A stretch of 64,000 nucleotides of DNA, from NCBI GenBank assembly GCA_036172245.1, contig JAYWIR010000024.1, positions 2,604,001 to 2,668,000 on the forward strand. Direction: 5' to 3'. Positions 1 to 12,722 of this stretch are shown piece by piece (the stretch's first letter is position 1; every line of letters starts with the position of its first letter). Source of the DNA: Raillietiella orientalis. Taxonomy: Eukaryota. Both the position numbers and the translations under genes were made by a program. The notes beneath the pieces are model-generated. The model was not told the origin of the DNA. It worked only from the letters and a program-made list of their open reading frames with translations, and searched no databases.

Positions 1-1619
1 GGGAGTGCAGCATATGTTCGGGATGACGTCGTCTGAGATGATCTTCCGTAGAAACCGGCATCACATGCTGGTCGGGGAAACGGGGGATTGTGACACCTCC
101 TCGGACGACTTTTCGAATTCTCGCGTCGCCGGGGACGCTGAGGGACTCCGTCGCAGAATTCCCGACGATCCCAAGAAGGCAACTTCCCCTTCCATCATGG
201 GACAAAGAGAGCGCGGTTTCCTGGCAGCGCTGAGATACATTCCTGCATTCCATCCCATCCCATCACGTCGCCTCCCCTGATTCTCGTCAGGACTTCCTGG
301 AAGGCACGAGACCACCCCATCGTTACTCTTTCGACCCATTTGGTGGGACGAGAGCGAGCGCAAGCGCGGTCGTCGCTGCATCCGGCCGCAGGGTCGCTCC
401 GCCCGGAGGAGACACTCGAGAAACCCAGCGAAGAAGGCCATCCGTGGCTACCGCCTCCTCCTCCCCTCTCATCAAGCAACCCTCCTCTGAACAGAAAGGC
501 CAGAAAGAGAGGAGTCGGGTGTTGCGAAAGTCCCTGGACCTCGAGGCTGGGAGCACCTACTCAGTTCGTCTGTGGTGCCCACGGGTCGAATATGGGGATG
601 CCGGAAGCTTCCCTTTCCGGGTGCGATTCCATCCAGACGCGCCGGAGAGATGAGAGTCGTCCTTTCGCTCGCCTCTCGAAGAATCACCTAATCGAGCAAA
701 GGGTATATTTGCGCCCTCTCGAACGACGACAACTCGGTGCCCGCGCGTGTACGTGACTCGGAGCGATGATCGGGCCGCGGCTGGAAAGGGCCGAGGCGCG
801 AGGTGGTTCCGAGCGTGCCGACTTTTTCTAGCGCCTTGGCTGCCAGGAGACCGCAGCAGAACAAAAGGAGGAAAGTGTTACACGGAGGATGGTGGCGCGC
901 GAACAAACAAACTCGGGAAAAAGGCAGGCGCCTTCCTTTGTTTGCTCTGCGCACGGCGACCCTATGCGAGGGCAGATCAACAGAGGGGCAGACGGGTCAG
1001 AGTCGGGACAGGTAGGCAGGTGAGCAGAAAGTCGAGAGCATCTCCAGGTTTCCCTCTGCCTTCTGAGTGGCTGGTGGAGGTCGTACGGTGCGGAGCAACG
1101 CCCAAGTTGCTACACGCGTCGCCGCGAAGCAGTCCACAGCGACGGAGGAGCCATTCCTAGCGCCGAGCCGACGACACTGATGTGCGTTCAAGATTGGTTT
1201 TCTCGTCTCGGAAAGAGCTCACCACGTCGTTTCGGAGGGGGAGGCTGCATCAGAAAGGATCTTCACGAAATGGGAAAATCCGAACCAGAGGAGCCCTTTC
1301 ATGGATCGAAATCCACCATGGCAACGAGGCGAAGAGATTTTCCCGACCTGTTCCTGTGTCTTCGTGAAGATGGAATCCTTCCAGCTACAGCTCATGGGAT
1401 CATCGTGGCATGAGGCTCAAAATGGAAGTAGCAAATTCCCGGATTGCCCGTTTTCTTGCCTTTGCCTCTGCACAGGAACCTTTGCCGCGCACCGCTTCCC
1501 GCGTGATTCGGACGGAAGAGACGCCTCCAGCGTCGGATCTGTGCCGACAGATCTGCAGAAAGATGGCGAGCTTTTGGAACCTTTGGGGTATTTCACGCCT
1601 GGCAAGACACGCAACCGCA

Positions 1620-1860
1620 TGTTTCGCTGCCGGAAGCTTCACCTCCGCCGAGACTTCCTGATTCCTTTGCCCTCCACATCCGCGGTTCATCAGCAGAGAT
1701 GCAGCCCGCACGCGGTCATCCGGTTGGTTGGTCAGCTGCGTGTGCTCCTGTGGGGACATCACAGCGTAAATACATGCACGTGGATATGTACACACCGCAC
1801 GCGTGCGAGAAGGGTTGCAATCCGGCTTCGAGGCGATCGGGAGGCTGATTCTGTATCACG
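1620..1860 (+). repeat. Diverged duplicated sequence, homologous in inverted orientation to about 5925-6150
   Basis: gtgctcctgtgggg..cagcgtaaatacatgcacgtggatatgtacacaccgcacg aligns with the reverse complement of 5960-6030; gattctgtatc and KLHLRRDFLIP/ELHFHREVRIP are also shared. Confidence 0.7.
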
Positions 1861-3872
1861 TGGAGCATAGCTGTCTACTCCTCCAACAGTCTTGTTATTT
1901 AATTGGTGCAGAGTGGAAGCTTGCTTTGTTGTTGTTTTTCATTTGTTGATTCTGTTCTTTATTGGTCCATTTGATGATGATGGTCGTAGCCATCACAATA
2001 AGCCTGCTGCAGTAAGATGAGGTGGGCCGGATGTTTCTTGTCACAGCTTGCTAAGGACTTGTAACGTCCTCTTAGCTCGCAGCAGTAAATACCTTGTGTT
2101 TTCAACAGACGCGCTGCGATGGGGACAAGATTCATGCCGAAGGGTGGTATAGGGGTGGACCCTATTGCTTTCAAGTAAGGACATCCATATAGAAGCAAAT
2201 AAACCTGCGGCCGTGGAGCGTGTACCCGGGGTAGCTGATCTGGGAGTCGCACGACACTTCTGCTGCGGTTCCCAGGTTACTCGCAACTCCTCAGGGGGTG
2301 GCCTAGTAGCGCGAGATTGAAGCATCCATTTCCGAGAACTGGAGATTTCTGGAATCGCAATCACGTGCCAGGCCGGTAACGGAAGGCGGAGCATTTTCTT
2401 GGACGTGGGGAATGCCGACTAAACGTGGATAGACTGGATGTGGATGACCGGCTTTGAAGGGAGAGTTGGTGAACTCCCCGGTTCTTCTCACCCTCTGGTA
2501 ATCTAGATGGTACCCTGGACGGCCACAAGGCAGGCAAGTGGATGATTGTGCTTCTCCGCCGGCCTCGCAGACTGCAGCCCGAGGCAATGAATTTTTGTTG
2601 GCGGAACGGAAACGGCAGGGCAAGAGGAGTGACGGTGCTCGATTCGCTCATCCGAGATCCTGAGGATATCTAAAGCCCAAGGTGACTGCTTTGCTTTCTA
2701 CGGAGACTCCCGCGACGGTGGGAGAGGATGAAGTCGCAGTCCACTTAGCAAGACAGGAGAGCGAACGTTTCCGCAAGCTGCCCGCAGAAGGTTCGGTGCT
2801 GCGGCCCAGCACGTCCAAGGTGGTCTGCGTCCATTTTTTTCCCGTCCTCCGTCGGCGGCGAAGAGCTGGTCCGCTGATTCGATTCCATCATTTATTAAAT
2901 CCGTCGCTTGCGAGCGGCGCCGGATTTTCCACCCCAATTATGTTTTAATGGGTCTTAATGGACCCCTAGGATCGACACTCCTCTCAGAAGGGTTGCGTTT
3001 TCACCCTCCCATCGGCAAAGGGGAAACGCTCGCAGACATCTTGGAGAGATTCGGGCGGGAGACCGGATTGGTGGAAGGGAACCCATCTTCGAACCATTAG
3101 TAGGTGTTTACCTGCGAGGATGCGGCCAGGGATCGTTTCCCGCCCGCCTCTGCGGCCGCGGAAATGCCGCCGAGCGGCGAAAGGGAATCCGGTAGCCTCC
3201 GCCCGCCATCACCAAGTGATGCATTGAGCGACCATATCCAACGCATTGCGAACATCGCGGAGAGCCAGATCACGCTCCGGACCGCGGGCACTGGGCACTT
3301 GTTTGCGGTCTCGGGACCTGCCCTGAGGCGGCAGGACCGCGGCTTCATGCTTCCCCCCTCACAGCGAGCGTCACGGAGGGTGGGGAGAAAACACTACTCC
3401 GAGGCTATTCCCGGTCGTACACAACGAGCGCGTGCACGCGCATGCCCTCTCTGAGGACAGACGCTTGGGGGAAGCAGGTGCGATGAAGGGATACCTCCTG
3501 GAAACGGGAGAGGGTCGCCATGAGGAGGAAGCAGGCTTCTCGGACGGGCTCTCTGGCGACCGTGAGCGGCATGCGTGTGACCGCGATCTTGAAGAGAGAG
3601 AAGGATTAAGGGAGAGAAGGGGAAGAGAGGGGGAGGGGCAGAGAAAATCAAATAAACAAGAGACTCGAGCATGGGAGAGTTTGCGCATGTATCGGAAAAA
3701 AGCGCTGGTGTTGTGCTCCAGAGTTTTCAGGATGTTCTTCCCGGCAACTACCGGCAGCGCGCGTGCGTATCCGTGTAGGGGGTCTCTCCCTGTTTCGAGA
3801 TGCTGGCACTCGACAAAGCCCACCATGGCTGATCATCCGTTTTGATACTGCAGGCAATGATTGAAGAAGCAG

Positions 3873-3914
<42 letters not shown>

Positions 3915-3918
3915 TGTG
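3873..3918. repeat. Compound microsatellite (TC)n(TG)n
   Basis: Direct reading. Confidence 0.95.
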
Positions 3919-4324
3919 CGTGCCCGCGCAAAGAATGCGCGCTTCGTTTTCCTGGCTGCGCAATAAAAAAAGGCGAGAAAGATGCTCTCTCAGAAGCACG
4001 ATGAGGCGGGGGAGAGAGGAGGGAGATCATCAACAGAGGAGCAGAGTGATCAGAGGATCTGCAGATCGCTCGTTCCGTTCTGTAGGGAATGCATCGGGTG
4101 CGATGGAGGGAAGGGGGGGAGAGGGGAAAAACGCGGAGTCAAGGAAGAGAGTGCGACAACGACATCCGATGATTTCATCCCGAACAGCACATCCTCCTCC
4201 TTTTTTTCCTCTTTTTTCTTTTCTTTTTTTTTCCGAAAAAAAAAATGAAAGAAGCGGGAAGGGACACCAAGGTGTAGTTGGAGAGTTGAGGGTAGGAAAA
4301 GGGGAGGTGGTAAAGAGGGCGGCT

Positions 4325-4420
4325 ATGATAATGATCAATATGATGACGAGGATGACTGTGATGATTGTGATAGTGGTAATGGTGGTTGCGATGATGATGA
4401 TGAGAGCTATTAGGATCATA
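4325..4420. repeat. Degenerate (GAT)n-type trinucleotide low-complexity tract
   Basis: Direct reading; it accounts for the poly-Met/Ile/His stretches in overlapping ORFs. Confidence 0.85.
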
Positions 4421-5459
4421 AGAGTGGCGTGTATGTTGAACGGGAGAGCAAGAAGAAGAGAAAGAGCTACAAAAAAGAAGGCACGCTCTGTTGGCTGCGA
4501 ACAAGGTTGACTTTCCCCCGCCTCGGTGCAAAGGCAGCCCTTCCCTTCCCCAAGGGATCGATCCGAGATCTCTCGCAGTCTGGGATCCAAACGGAGCGAC
4601 ACAGAGATCGGCCAGGACCCACTCCTAAAAGATTCTTCGGGGATCCTCTGCGTTCGGTTGCTCCCCATCACCTGGCAGCCGACAAAGCCCGCTCTTCGAG
4701 AAACAGCGATCCTCTGGACAGCGTGCAGTCGAAGGAGGGATCGTTCAAGGAGTCGCAGCCTTGAAAGGATGGAAGGAAAGAACTCCATGACCTTCGAAAA
4801 CTGGATCCAAGAGTTTCCAGATAAATCCTCTTGAGCTCTTACGCGCGGGCGCTCTCGCGCGTAAGAACGAACACCGCTGCCTTCTGCTGCAACCGACCAC
4901 GCTTTGTAAATGTTCATTTGAGTTGGTGCACCTCGCAACGCCCAGCTTGAGGATCCTGTATCTTTGTAAATCCAGCTGCCTGCTGCGCGCCAGCCCTGAC
5001 CCGCACCTCACAGCAACGCACGGAAGTGAGGTTACGCTTGGGTTTTCGGAACTTTCGACATTTAAAGATCTTCGTCATCGGTGGATCCTCGATTTCCAGA
5101 ACTACCTGAGAGTTCCCCCCATGCAGCAGGTGTGACCGGCTGGACCGGAATATCCGAAGATCCTTCGCGCAGTCTGATCGGGTTGGCTTGAGCACTGCGG
5201 AGTCCGTCCAATGCTACCGTCTTCTGCTTTTTTTTCTTTCACGTGACTCTCTACTCCCTGAAGGCTTTGCTCAACGGTGGTACGTTGCTGTTTCAACGGT
5301 GGTCCGCTGGCACTCCCGAAAGTAACCGTGCGAACTTGAATTTGTCTCGACTCGGGAGTGCCGATAAAAGTTCTTTCATAGTTTCGTTTCTCTTGCATCC
5401 TCTGGAGTTGGGTTCTTGAGCAGCCTGCCAGAGGGAATTCGGTCGCTCTTGGCCGGCAT

Positions 5460-6250
5460 TACGCCCGCTCTGCGGGCGAGGCCTTCCTCAAGCTGCGACC
5501 GACGACCGCAGCGGTAGCGTCAGGAGAGCTCAGAAGTAAACGCGGATGTGCACTGAACACTCTTCAGCATGAGTCACATCGCCAGAAGAAGCTGCAACGA
5601 AGCTCCGTGTGCTTCAGGCAGAGAGCACGGAAGTGTACTGCGGCGCAAGCGTAAAAGCCCTTGGCGAAACTGCGGAGCCAAAGGACGGCCGCCAGTCGCC
5701 AGCTGACTACTACGTTTGGTAGAGGAGTTCAGTGTGGAAAACTTCTGAAGGCATCGTTGCAGAAGATCTGGACGTCCTTGCACCCGTACGTGTGCACGTC
5801 GAGCCTATGCGAGAGTATCTGCACATTTGCATCTCAACACACACGAACACAGGCAACCGACTAACCGACCACACGACCACGCGAAAGTCTGAGCCGTGAG
5901 GTCTGCACTCGCAGTGGATCAACCTTTGCGATACAGAATCTCGACGCCGCACTGAGGTCATTCTTGCACTCGTACGATGCGTACATATCCATGCGTATGT
6001 ATTTACACTGTTCTGCTCCCCCAGGAGCACAACGCATCAACCACATGACCGTGTGGCCGAATGAGCATTTTGGTGAGGCTTGCATCTCTGTGGATAAACT
6101 GCGGATGAAGAGCGAGGAATCCGAACCTCTCGGTGGAAGTGCAACTCATAGAAACAATTGACGAGCGGCATAGCCAGGAACTCGAACTTCTCGAGAGGAT
6201 GCTGATCGATCTTGGACGGAGAGTGAAAGTAATCCCCCCTTGGCACAAAG
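5460..6250 (-). pseudogene. Decayed coding-like sequence of unidentified family (partner of 1620-1860)
   Basis: One frame runs about 200 codons with few stops and C-ending codons (EQCKYIRMDMY...RFCIAKVD...RLDVHTYGCKDVQIFCNDAFRSF...). Confidence 0.4.
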
Positions 6251-6285
6251 AAATCTCATGATGTGAAACTGATCAAGAAGACTGT

Positions 6286-7889
6286 TTATCACCCGGGTGC
6301 GCCGGGGCGTTTATTGAAAAACTATCCGGGAACAGAGTTCCCGGACAAAGGATACAGAGAAGACGAAGGGGGTGGGATCCCCGACACGCAGGTCGGTATA
6401 CCGAAAGTCCGGAACGGGAGGGAGGGGACCACAAATACACTACTATAAAAAAATAAAAAGAAAAATATGGAGGGCAGGGGACAGGGGTCTTTGGTGAGTC
6501 CGTTCCTTCCTTTCCAAACCGGCGATGGATGCCGGCGATCTCTCTCCTTACGTCCTGTGGCAGATGGGCCCACTCGGCAGCCGACGACATGCTTGTGCTG
6601 GCTAATCCGGTGGGCTGACGAAGGATGGCCAGCTTCTCCAACTCTCGGTGGGCCTTGTCGATGGCGCGGGTGCAACACACGGTTGCAACGACAGCACCTA
6701 AAGACAGGCCGCCTGGCGTGAAGAAGCGGCGCATCAAGTCCCTCGCGGTGTCCCCCTGGTGCAGGAGAGCTGAGGCCAGCCTCCGCCACAGTCCTAGGAG
6801 GGCACCGCAGTCCAAGAGCAGGTGCGGGGGCGTTTCCACTTCCCCGCACCGCTTACAGTTTGGGGAGACAACTCCACCGGAGACACGGTTCGTCCGCTGG
6901 TTGGAGTGAAAACCCCAATGCACCAACATGATGACGTCCTGCTTCCACGAAAGGGGGAACACAGAAGTGTTCAAACAGGAGGGAGGGACCACAAGTTCTT
7001 CGGGGGGCACACTCAAGTGTTCACTCCACCGAAAGAGTCCCTTCGAGATGTGGCGAGGCGTGGCGGCGTCTGCCAGCTCGCAAGTCCTCCAGCCGCCAAT
7101 GGGTCGTGTTGTTCCTGCGATGGTGCAGGCGACCTCCCATCTCGCCGGTTCGCAGCTGTCATCTCTTGCCCTGAGGGCTGACAGCACGTCGGCGAGCGGC
7201 GTGACGGCCAGGCGAGTCCACTTCTCCTGGCTGCTGCAGACCTCATCCACCGTGCAGTACGGGGAGAGGTGAACGCAACGGAGTTCCAGGAGGGGAGACA
7301 TCCTGGTGCTTTGCCCAGGCATGCAACGATTCCTGCCGCCAGGCGTCAAAGTTCGTTGGGCGGCAGGAGATCCATTCCTGGGCTGCCAGGAGCCGGTAGA
7401 GCGGTTTCAAGGGGAAACCGAAGCTTCTCGTGGCGCGCTCCGTGTGCGGCCGCAGCGACAGAAGTCCGTCGCTGCCGGTGCAGCGCCGCAGAAGCAGGCG
7501 CGCGGGAGCGCACCACGGAGTGGACCAAAGGTTGGCGCACAGGGCCAACATCCGAAGCTGCACCTGCAGCTCGATTCTCTCCAGTGTCAGGATGCCTAAG
7601 CCAGCATCCCGACGCGGAGCCGCCAAGTCTTTCAGGAGGATCCTGGACCTCGCAGGACCCCACAGAGCGTTCCTCAACAGTCTGTGCGCCTGGAGCTTGG
7701 CCGAGTAGGGGGGCGGGCAAACAAAAAGCAGGGGGCGCAAGAGGGGGGCCACGAAGGTGTTCCATATCGCGGCCCGCTCCGACAGGAGGAACCTGCCATG
7801 CTGGAACGGGCTCAGCGCACTCGTAGCCTTCCGAAGGCAGTCCGACCACACTTCCACTGGGCTGATGTTCCCCAGCGGAACGCCCAGAT
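6286..7889 (-). mobile_element. 5'-truncated L1/Tx1-like non-LTR retrotransposon, copy A (end of RT, zf-RVT-type CCHC region, 3' UTR)
   Basis: Translation starts at YLGVPLG and continues ...ERAAIWNTFVAP...ALWG...LAAPRRDAGLGI... and, after a frameshift, CKRCGEVETPPHLLLDC...W. Flanked by an exact 11-bp TSD aagaagactgt (6275-6285, 7890-7900); 3' end TGATAA, no poly(A). Confidence 0.9.
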
Positions 7890-8058
7890 AAGAAGACTGT
7901 GGTGGCAGTCGGGCGTCAGTGTCTCCCATTCAGCTTATCCTGGGAACAGGCTTGAAGCTGAAGTCGGACTCTGTGCTCCAGAACGAAGGGAAGGAAACTT
8001 TGCCATGGACGTCGCGTGTCCGTTTGAGCACCCGGCAGCGACACCAGAAGAGACAAGA

Positions 8059-8819
8059 CGGATCGCTCGCCCATTCTTTGAACGACTTACTGGAGCTGGT
8101 GCTGCGTAGCCTAGGTGATTCCGAAATCAGTCTTTGCCCACTGCTGGGTCGGTCTTCACGGTCTTAGGCTGAAGCCGGAAGCCCGAATCAAGCAGCCACC
8201 ATCCACTAACGTCCTCTTCCCTTCGTTTCGTCCCTCTTTCCCCCTTCAATCCATCCTTTGAATCTTCAGGGAGCAGTGAAGAACACTGTTGGACTGACTC
8301 CCCGATTCGCCTCTAAAGGAGTGCCTGCAGCAGCAGGAGCGCCGTTGAGATCCTTCGAACGAAGAAGCACCGAGGGAAGATTGAAGATCGCTAAGAGATC
8401 AAGAGGAGCACATCGGGAGTGTTCTCGAACATCGGATATTCCCGAGATAAGTACCGAAAGCAACCAATGGGTCATCTCTTGCACAGGGAGCGCCGTTCAT
8501 TATCCCAGATTGGCAATCAGCTGAAAAGGAGGGGCTGAGACGGTAGGCATGCCATTCCTCCATTTGTTTGTGCCTCTTTTCTTAGCAGGAATGGAATCAG
8601 CAATCTGGATGAAAATTCAAAGGATGGATTGAAGGGGGAAAGAGGGACGAAACGAAGGGAAGAGGACGTTAGTGGATGGTGGCTGCTTGATTCGGGCTTC
8701 CGGCTTCAGCCTAAGACCGTGAAGACCGACCCAGCAGTGGGCAAAGACTGATTTCGGAATCACCTAGGCTACGCAGCACCAGCTCCAGTAAGTCGTTCAA
8801 AGAATGGGCGAGCGATCCG
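8059..8819. repeat. Perfect 205-bp inverted repeat (8059-8263 / 8615-8819) with 351-bp spacer
   Basis: Base-by-base reverse-complement comparison showed no mismatch across the arms; no TSD seen. Confidence 0.95.
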
Positions 8820-11800
8820 ATCACGACGGATGCAAGGAACGCCCGGAAAAATCCCCAGAATGAGCTATGAGGGGGAGGCTCCAAGGAGCGTTTCGAAAGG
8901 AGCTACTCGTCGCTCTGCTGGAGCCGAAGTCTTCCCGATTTCGGCTACCGCCCTCTGACCGCTCGTCGTCCCTTCCCTGCTCAGCGACGCTCCCGAAGCA
9001 ATCTCAGCACCTCTCCGCTCATCTCCCGAGTCTCGTCGCAGCTGCAGAGCCAGGAAAGGCGAAGGCAGGTCGCCGGAGCTTCGAGCTCCATTGCCATGGC
9101 TTCACGTCTGCATCGCCTCCTGAAAGTCCAGCTCTGACGGACGCTGCTCGTTTGGTTTATTTGCACATCTGGAAAGTCCGTTCTTCCGCACAGGGAAGAA
9201 AAAGAAAAAAAAAAAAAAAACAGCTCAAAAAACTCCTCGAGCGTTTCCAAAGGATGCCGGTCATCACGATAATTGTCCTTCCAGAAGCAGGAAGAACCAT
9301 GGAGACGGACGGAGGAGGAGAGACGTGCGAAATAACATCCTCATTTGCGTCGCGAAGAGTAACGGAACAAACCGGCGGAAGGCTGATCGAGTTTTGGGTG
9401 AGTTCGCCGAGAGAACCAGATGCGCCTCTTCGGAGCGCCAGCCTGGAAGCTGGCTCTTCTGAGGAGAGGAGAGCGAGCTTCGGATAATGGGGACCTTCCA
9501 GCGGAGCAGGAGGAGGAGCGGGCGGGGGGAGGAGGGAATTTTTGTTCTCGGAGCAATAAACTGCGATTCCACCTTGGACCGGGCGGAGGCCGGTCCAGAC
9601 ATACGCAAACTTTCGGTTCGGCCGAAGAGCTGACCCAACAGAATCACGATTTCGTAAACAAGGGGATGTAACGATTATCTTCTTGCGTGTTTCCTTTGTG
9701 CCCATGGCAACCTGGCGCCGGGATCGCTTTGTGATGATCCCAGCTTCCCGGCTGGGCGGATCTTTACGAGGTGTCGGAGGAAAGAAAGCTGCTGCTGCTG
9801 GCCGAGCAGCCGAAAGAGGACACTCCAAATACCCTTCGTGTAACGAGGACGAGAAATCTCATCCCTGCCCGGAGCCTTCGCTCACGCCGCGGTACAGTCC
9901 TGAGCCCCGGGGAGGAAGGGGCAAGGCTGAATCCCGGGAAAAGGGGCTGCGAGTTCCATCGGAAGGGGATGGGGATCAAGGGTGCGATTTCCACCTGGCT
10001 CCACGGTTGGGACGACCCTTCGACGGCCCCAGTGCGTTGAGAACTCAGGGATGTCCGCTGCGACCACACACCCCTTTCCCACACAGAGATGGGCGGAAAA
10101 TGGCGGTCCGTTGCCGTGATCGAGCCTCCCCGCTTCCTCGGCCCGCCGCTCTCTTGCGAGTAGCGAAAGCTTAGTTTTCCGTCCTCCTCCTCTCGCCCCG
10201 GGAGGAGCCGGAGAGATGCCGACTTATCCTCCTGTTGCCGTCGCCCCCCTCCCGAGCTCCGACCAATGTCGGCGATCTTTCAGTGGGCGCCTTTTGGTTT
10301 CCTCTCCATTTGCCGTCCGCGTTGGTCCTGCTTTTTCCGAGAGGGAAGATGAGCCCGTCCGGGATCCTCCGGACCAAGAAACCCTGCGTGGCGGCGGTTC
10401 TGCTTCGCCTCGCGCTCTTGTCGACAGGAGCTTTTCCTGCTCTCCGCACCTTACGCGCTTCGAGATGTCGCCGCCGCTGGACCCGGGGCCCCCTCCAGCG
10501 TTCTCTTCCCACCTCCGCGAGCGTGGACTCTCCCTTCCGCCGCGCGCTTAGCCCGATCTCCCAACGGATTTGCGCCGCAGCCGAACGGGTGGGGGGGGAG
10601 GGGGGATTTCGATTTTTCCGTCTCCCGAGTGCGCGCACTCCTTCGCGAGGTGGCGCTGCTGCTACCGGAGCGGCCGGACTCGGTCCTCGTCTCTCTGATA
10701 CCTTCTAGCTTTCTCCTCCTACCATCCCTCCTCCCCGAGCGCGGCGCCATTGCTAAGGACAACTGCGTGCTCATCCCGAGTCGTCGTCGATTCCTGATGA
10801 ACTTGGTCACCTGCGAAGCGGAAACCCTCATCCAAAAAACTCCCTTTTTCTCCTCTCCCCTCGCCCTCTCTCCCTGTTTTTCTTTTTCTCTCTCTCTCTT
10901 TCCTCTCAAAAAGCCTCCCATCCGGGACCGGCCTTCTCAGCATTTCCTGCAGCCTCTCTGCACGCACCTTCCTCACAAAGCGCTTCGAAATCGGAAGTCT
11001 CTCCCCCCCCCCCCCCCCCACTCGTTTTCAATACTCTCGAATTCTCGAAGGTGTGGGCGTGTCCACCCATGCCCATAAGAAGCTTTTTCGGTTGTTTTGC
11101 GTTTAATTAGAGCGCCCTCGCAGAGTTCGGCGCCGGCAGGCCATGCGGATCCGCGGCTGCTCTGCCGTTCCATCTTTGGTTTACCTTTTATCTCCGTCGC
11201 ATGACTTAGGGAACGAGGTGGCCGCTGAGTGCAATTAGCCCCGTCGCTCTGACGTGCAATCAGATCAGCTGCGAGCCAAAAAAAAGAGGAAAGGGAAAGA
11301 AAGGCAGTGGATGGTGCGCCACTTGGAGATGCGTCCCTGATGCTGACGACGACGCACGTAGGAGCCAGGAGCCCCGTGTTGTCTTCGCGGAATGACCGCT
11401 ATCTTCATTCGGTGGCACTCGAGTCCTCTCGAACGCGGATCGGCATTCCGCATCCGGAATCCTCTCCGGAGAGCACGCGCGTCGGTGCCACCGTCGTCGT
11501 CGTCGTCGTCAAGTGGATTCGCGGATGATCACGAAAGGGTCGAAACGGCCCGCATGGCGCAGGCAGCCTCTAGCCGTCCTTGTCTTGTCTTGTCAGACCG
11601 GACCTGTGATCCGCAGAAATCACGTGTCAAAACACGCTGACTCTTGGTGCATCAGCCGAAGAGGGACCGCATGAACGAGGCGAGCGCAGCCGCCACTCTG
11701 GATTGCACCAGAGAGCAAGGGTTGGTTGGGTCCGCAGACCGAAGGCCCTCGAAGATGGCGTTCTGCTTCTCTGTGGCTCCGCTTGCTAAGGGAGCGCGGA

Positions 11801-12551
11801 GAGGGTGACTACTAGAATACGTGTCTGCATTCCTGTGGCTGGCAGAAACATGGACAAGAATGGAGGTGAAGCGGTACGAGTTCCCTTGAGGGCACAGAAG
11901 GGGAAAAGGGAGGGGGGGGAAGGAATCACCTTTTTGCGGCCAGCCAGCATCATTTGGTCTGAAAGCACCTGGATGAGAGGTGATTGAGGGCTGGGCAAAG
12001 CACAGAGAAAGATGCATCTTCAATTGATAGAATTTGCCTGAACCATCTTCTGCGATTTTTTTTTTCTTTTTTGATTGCAGCGTGTGGAATGCATGAAGGT
12101 CGCCCAGCCTCTCTTGTCACACACTCCCAGCTCCCACTTCGGCAATCGGAAAGAACCACGGATGTTGAGAGCAAGAAACGTGCAGCTCGAGAAAGGACTC
12201 TCTGGAAGGGAACCGGGCGCGTCGAAGTGGCAGCAGGTTCCGCCTCAGGCCTTTGCTGCAGGATGGAACGATCCCGTGTCGGAGAACAAGTCGATGAGGC
12301 GTGGTGGTGAAGAACGTCTACGCGTCCCTCGATGCGTAGACGTCCGTCACGACAAGCCAGATTGAGTCAGATCTCTTCAGTAGAAGTTGGTCCACCGGTC
12401 CGTACTCATCGAAGATAACGGTCCCTTTCGACCCAGTCACTTGCAGATCCCAAACTCTTGCTGTTCTTCGGAGCATCCTCCTCTAATCCGGAACGAGCCA
12501 GGGCTATCGGGAAGATTACTCCCTCGCGGCTTGCCTCGCCTCTTTCCCCAG

Positions 12552-12722
12552 GATGCCACACTGTCTTGGAGCAGCGCTCGAGAGTCCTCACTTCACCGGT
12601 CTTCGGTGTGCTTCCTTACCCCCAACAGCCTGGTCTTCAATTACCCCATCAGGAATCCCAGAGGGACGCCTCTGTCCCTGATCTTCTATCAACTGGACTT
12701 GAGCGACAGCGACTTTGTCCAG
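12552..12722 (+). pseudogene. Orphan CUB-domain exon (uninflatable/cubilin-like), frameshifted
   Basis: Pyrimidine tract plus cag acceptor, donor CAG|gtgata. Removing one C from a C5 run gives GCHTVLEQRSRVLTSPVFGVLPYPNSLVFNYPIRNPRGTPLSLIFYQLDLSDSDFVQ, matching the CUB pattern C..L....G.LTSP..P.YPN...C.Y.I.......L.F..D...DFVQ; G/C-ending codons. Confidence 0.7.

Noticed and set aside
2303..2623. CLPCGRPGYH as a Gag zinc knuckle with a following protease
   Set aside because: Incomplete CCHC, no convincing D(T/S)G motif and no LTRs.
4030..4938. 302-aa ORF (and overlapping 222-aa ORF) with an apparent transmembrane Ile/Met-rich segment
   Set aside because: Produced by the degenerate (GAT)n tract and purine runs; no recognisable domain.
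6003..6248. FIHRD as a protein-kinase catalytic loop
   Set aside because: No DFG, APE or other kinase motifs, and the homologous copy does not keep HRD.
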